Origin: Hydrolagus colliei | Taxonomy: Eukaryota | Length of the DNA: 64,000 bases | Reading direction: 5' to 3' | Assembly (NCBI GenBank): GCA_035084275.1 | Contig: CM068744.1 | Coordinates: 18,414,001-18,478,000 of the forward strand | Part shown: one piece after another, positions 63,566 to 64,000 of the stretch | Position numbering within the stretch: position 1 is the stretch's first letter | How the letters are laid out: each line of letters begins with the position of its first letter | Made by a program: the position numbers and the translations under genes | Notes under the pieces: model-generated | What the model saw: only the letters and a program-made list of their open reading frames with translations | What the model was told of the DNA's origin: nothing | The model's database searches: none

Positions 63566-63860
63566 AATAATCCTTGCATTTGATATGGCATCTTATCACA
63601 CCACTGAAATGATTCAAAACAAAATTTACTGTAGAGTGGAGTGACTGTGTGTGTTGCAGGCAAACGTGGCAGCCAATTTGCACACAGGAAATGTCCTACA
63701 AACATTCTTGAAGATAATGAACAATTTGATCTGGAGGATTGTTGGCCAGGACATTGAGAGGAACTCTTTTCTTTAAATGGAGTCATTGATCATAACATCC
63801 ACCTAACCAAATATATGTTACCTCGGTTTAACCTCAGGTTTGTGGTTTAATGTTTAACAA
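63566..63860 (-). mobile_element. Old Deu-SINE
   Basis: aataatccttgcatttg...gcagccaatttgcac...gttggccaggaca. Confidence 0.8.
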
Positions 63861-64000
63861 GATAGACCGTGTGCTTTCAGTGGGGATAGAAACCCAAAGG
63901 AATTGAACCCCCATTTTGTTATGCACATGATTTAAGTCACATGACTCCCAAAAGCATACCTGCAATGTTTTAAAAACTTCAATGTTTTGCCGCCAACATG

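Noticed and set aside
1-64000. CRISPR arrays, operons or other prokaryotic systems
   Set aside because: No regularly spaced repeats or gene-dense coding; the sequence is vertebrate repeat-rich DNA

Overview
Repeat-rich vertebrate non-coding DNA (intron or gene desert). The repeat set is a CR1 LINE with an SGNH-esterase ORF1, L2 LINEs ending in (GTT)n, Deu-domain SINEs resembling shark SacSINE1, and Penelope-type terminal repeats. This points to a cartilaginous fish (inference). I could not identify any host protein-coding gene; the recognisable ORFs in the track are decayed retrotransposon frames and the rest look like noise. Well supported: a 5'-truncated CR1 (24827-28416) with a 6-bp target-site duplication (TSD), many L2 and CR1 fragments, two related SINE families, an L1/Tx1 relic, a Tc1/pogo-type MITE, a hAT MITE, and two Penelope-like fragments carrying hammerhead-ribozyme cores. 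Most worth a second look: (1) repeat-free islands with dense haematopoietic/immune transcription-factor motif clusters (RUNX-ETS-GATA-E-box at 42.8 kb; IRF plus NF-kB at 54.2 kb; EICE/ARE/ETS at 16.9 kb; EBF/E-box at 18.4 kb), suggesting an enhancer landscape for a gene outside the window; (2) the hammerhead relics; (3) an old dispersed repeat family I cannot classify, with at least 8 fragments; (4) a long inverted repeat at 2.75-3.48 kb; (5) a modular SINE whose head and body are each bounded by short inverted repeats, including one copy with the head flipped. All calls are by eye, and boundaries of old repeats are approximate.
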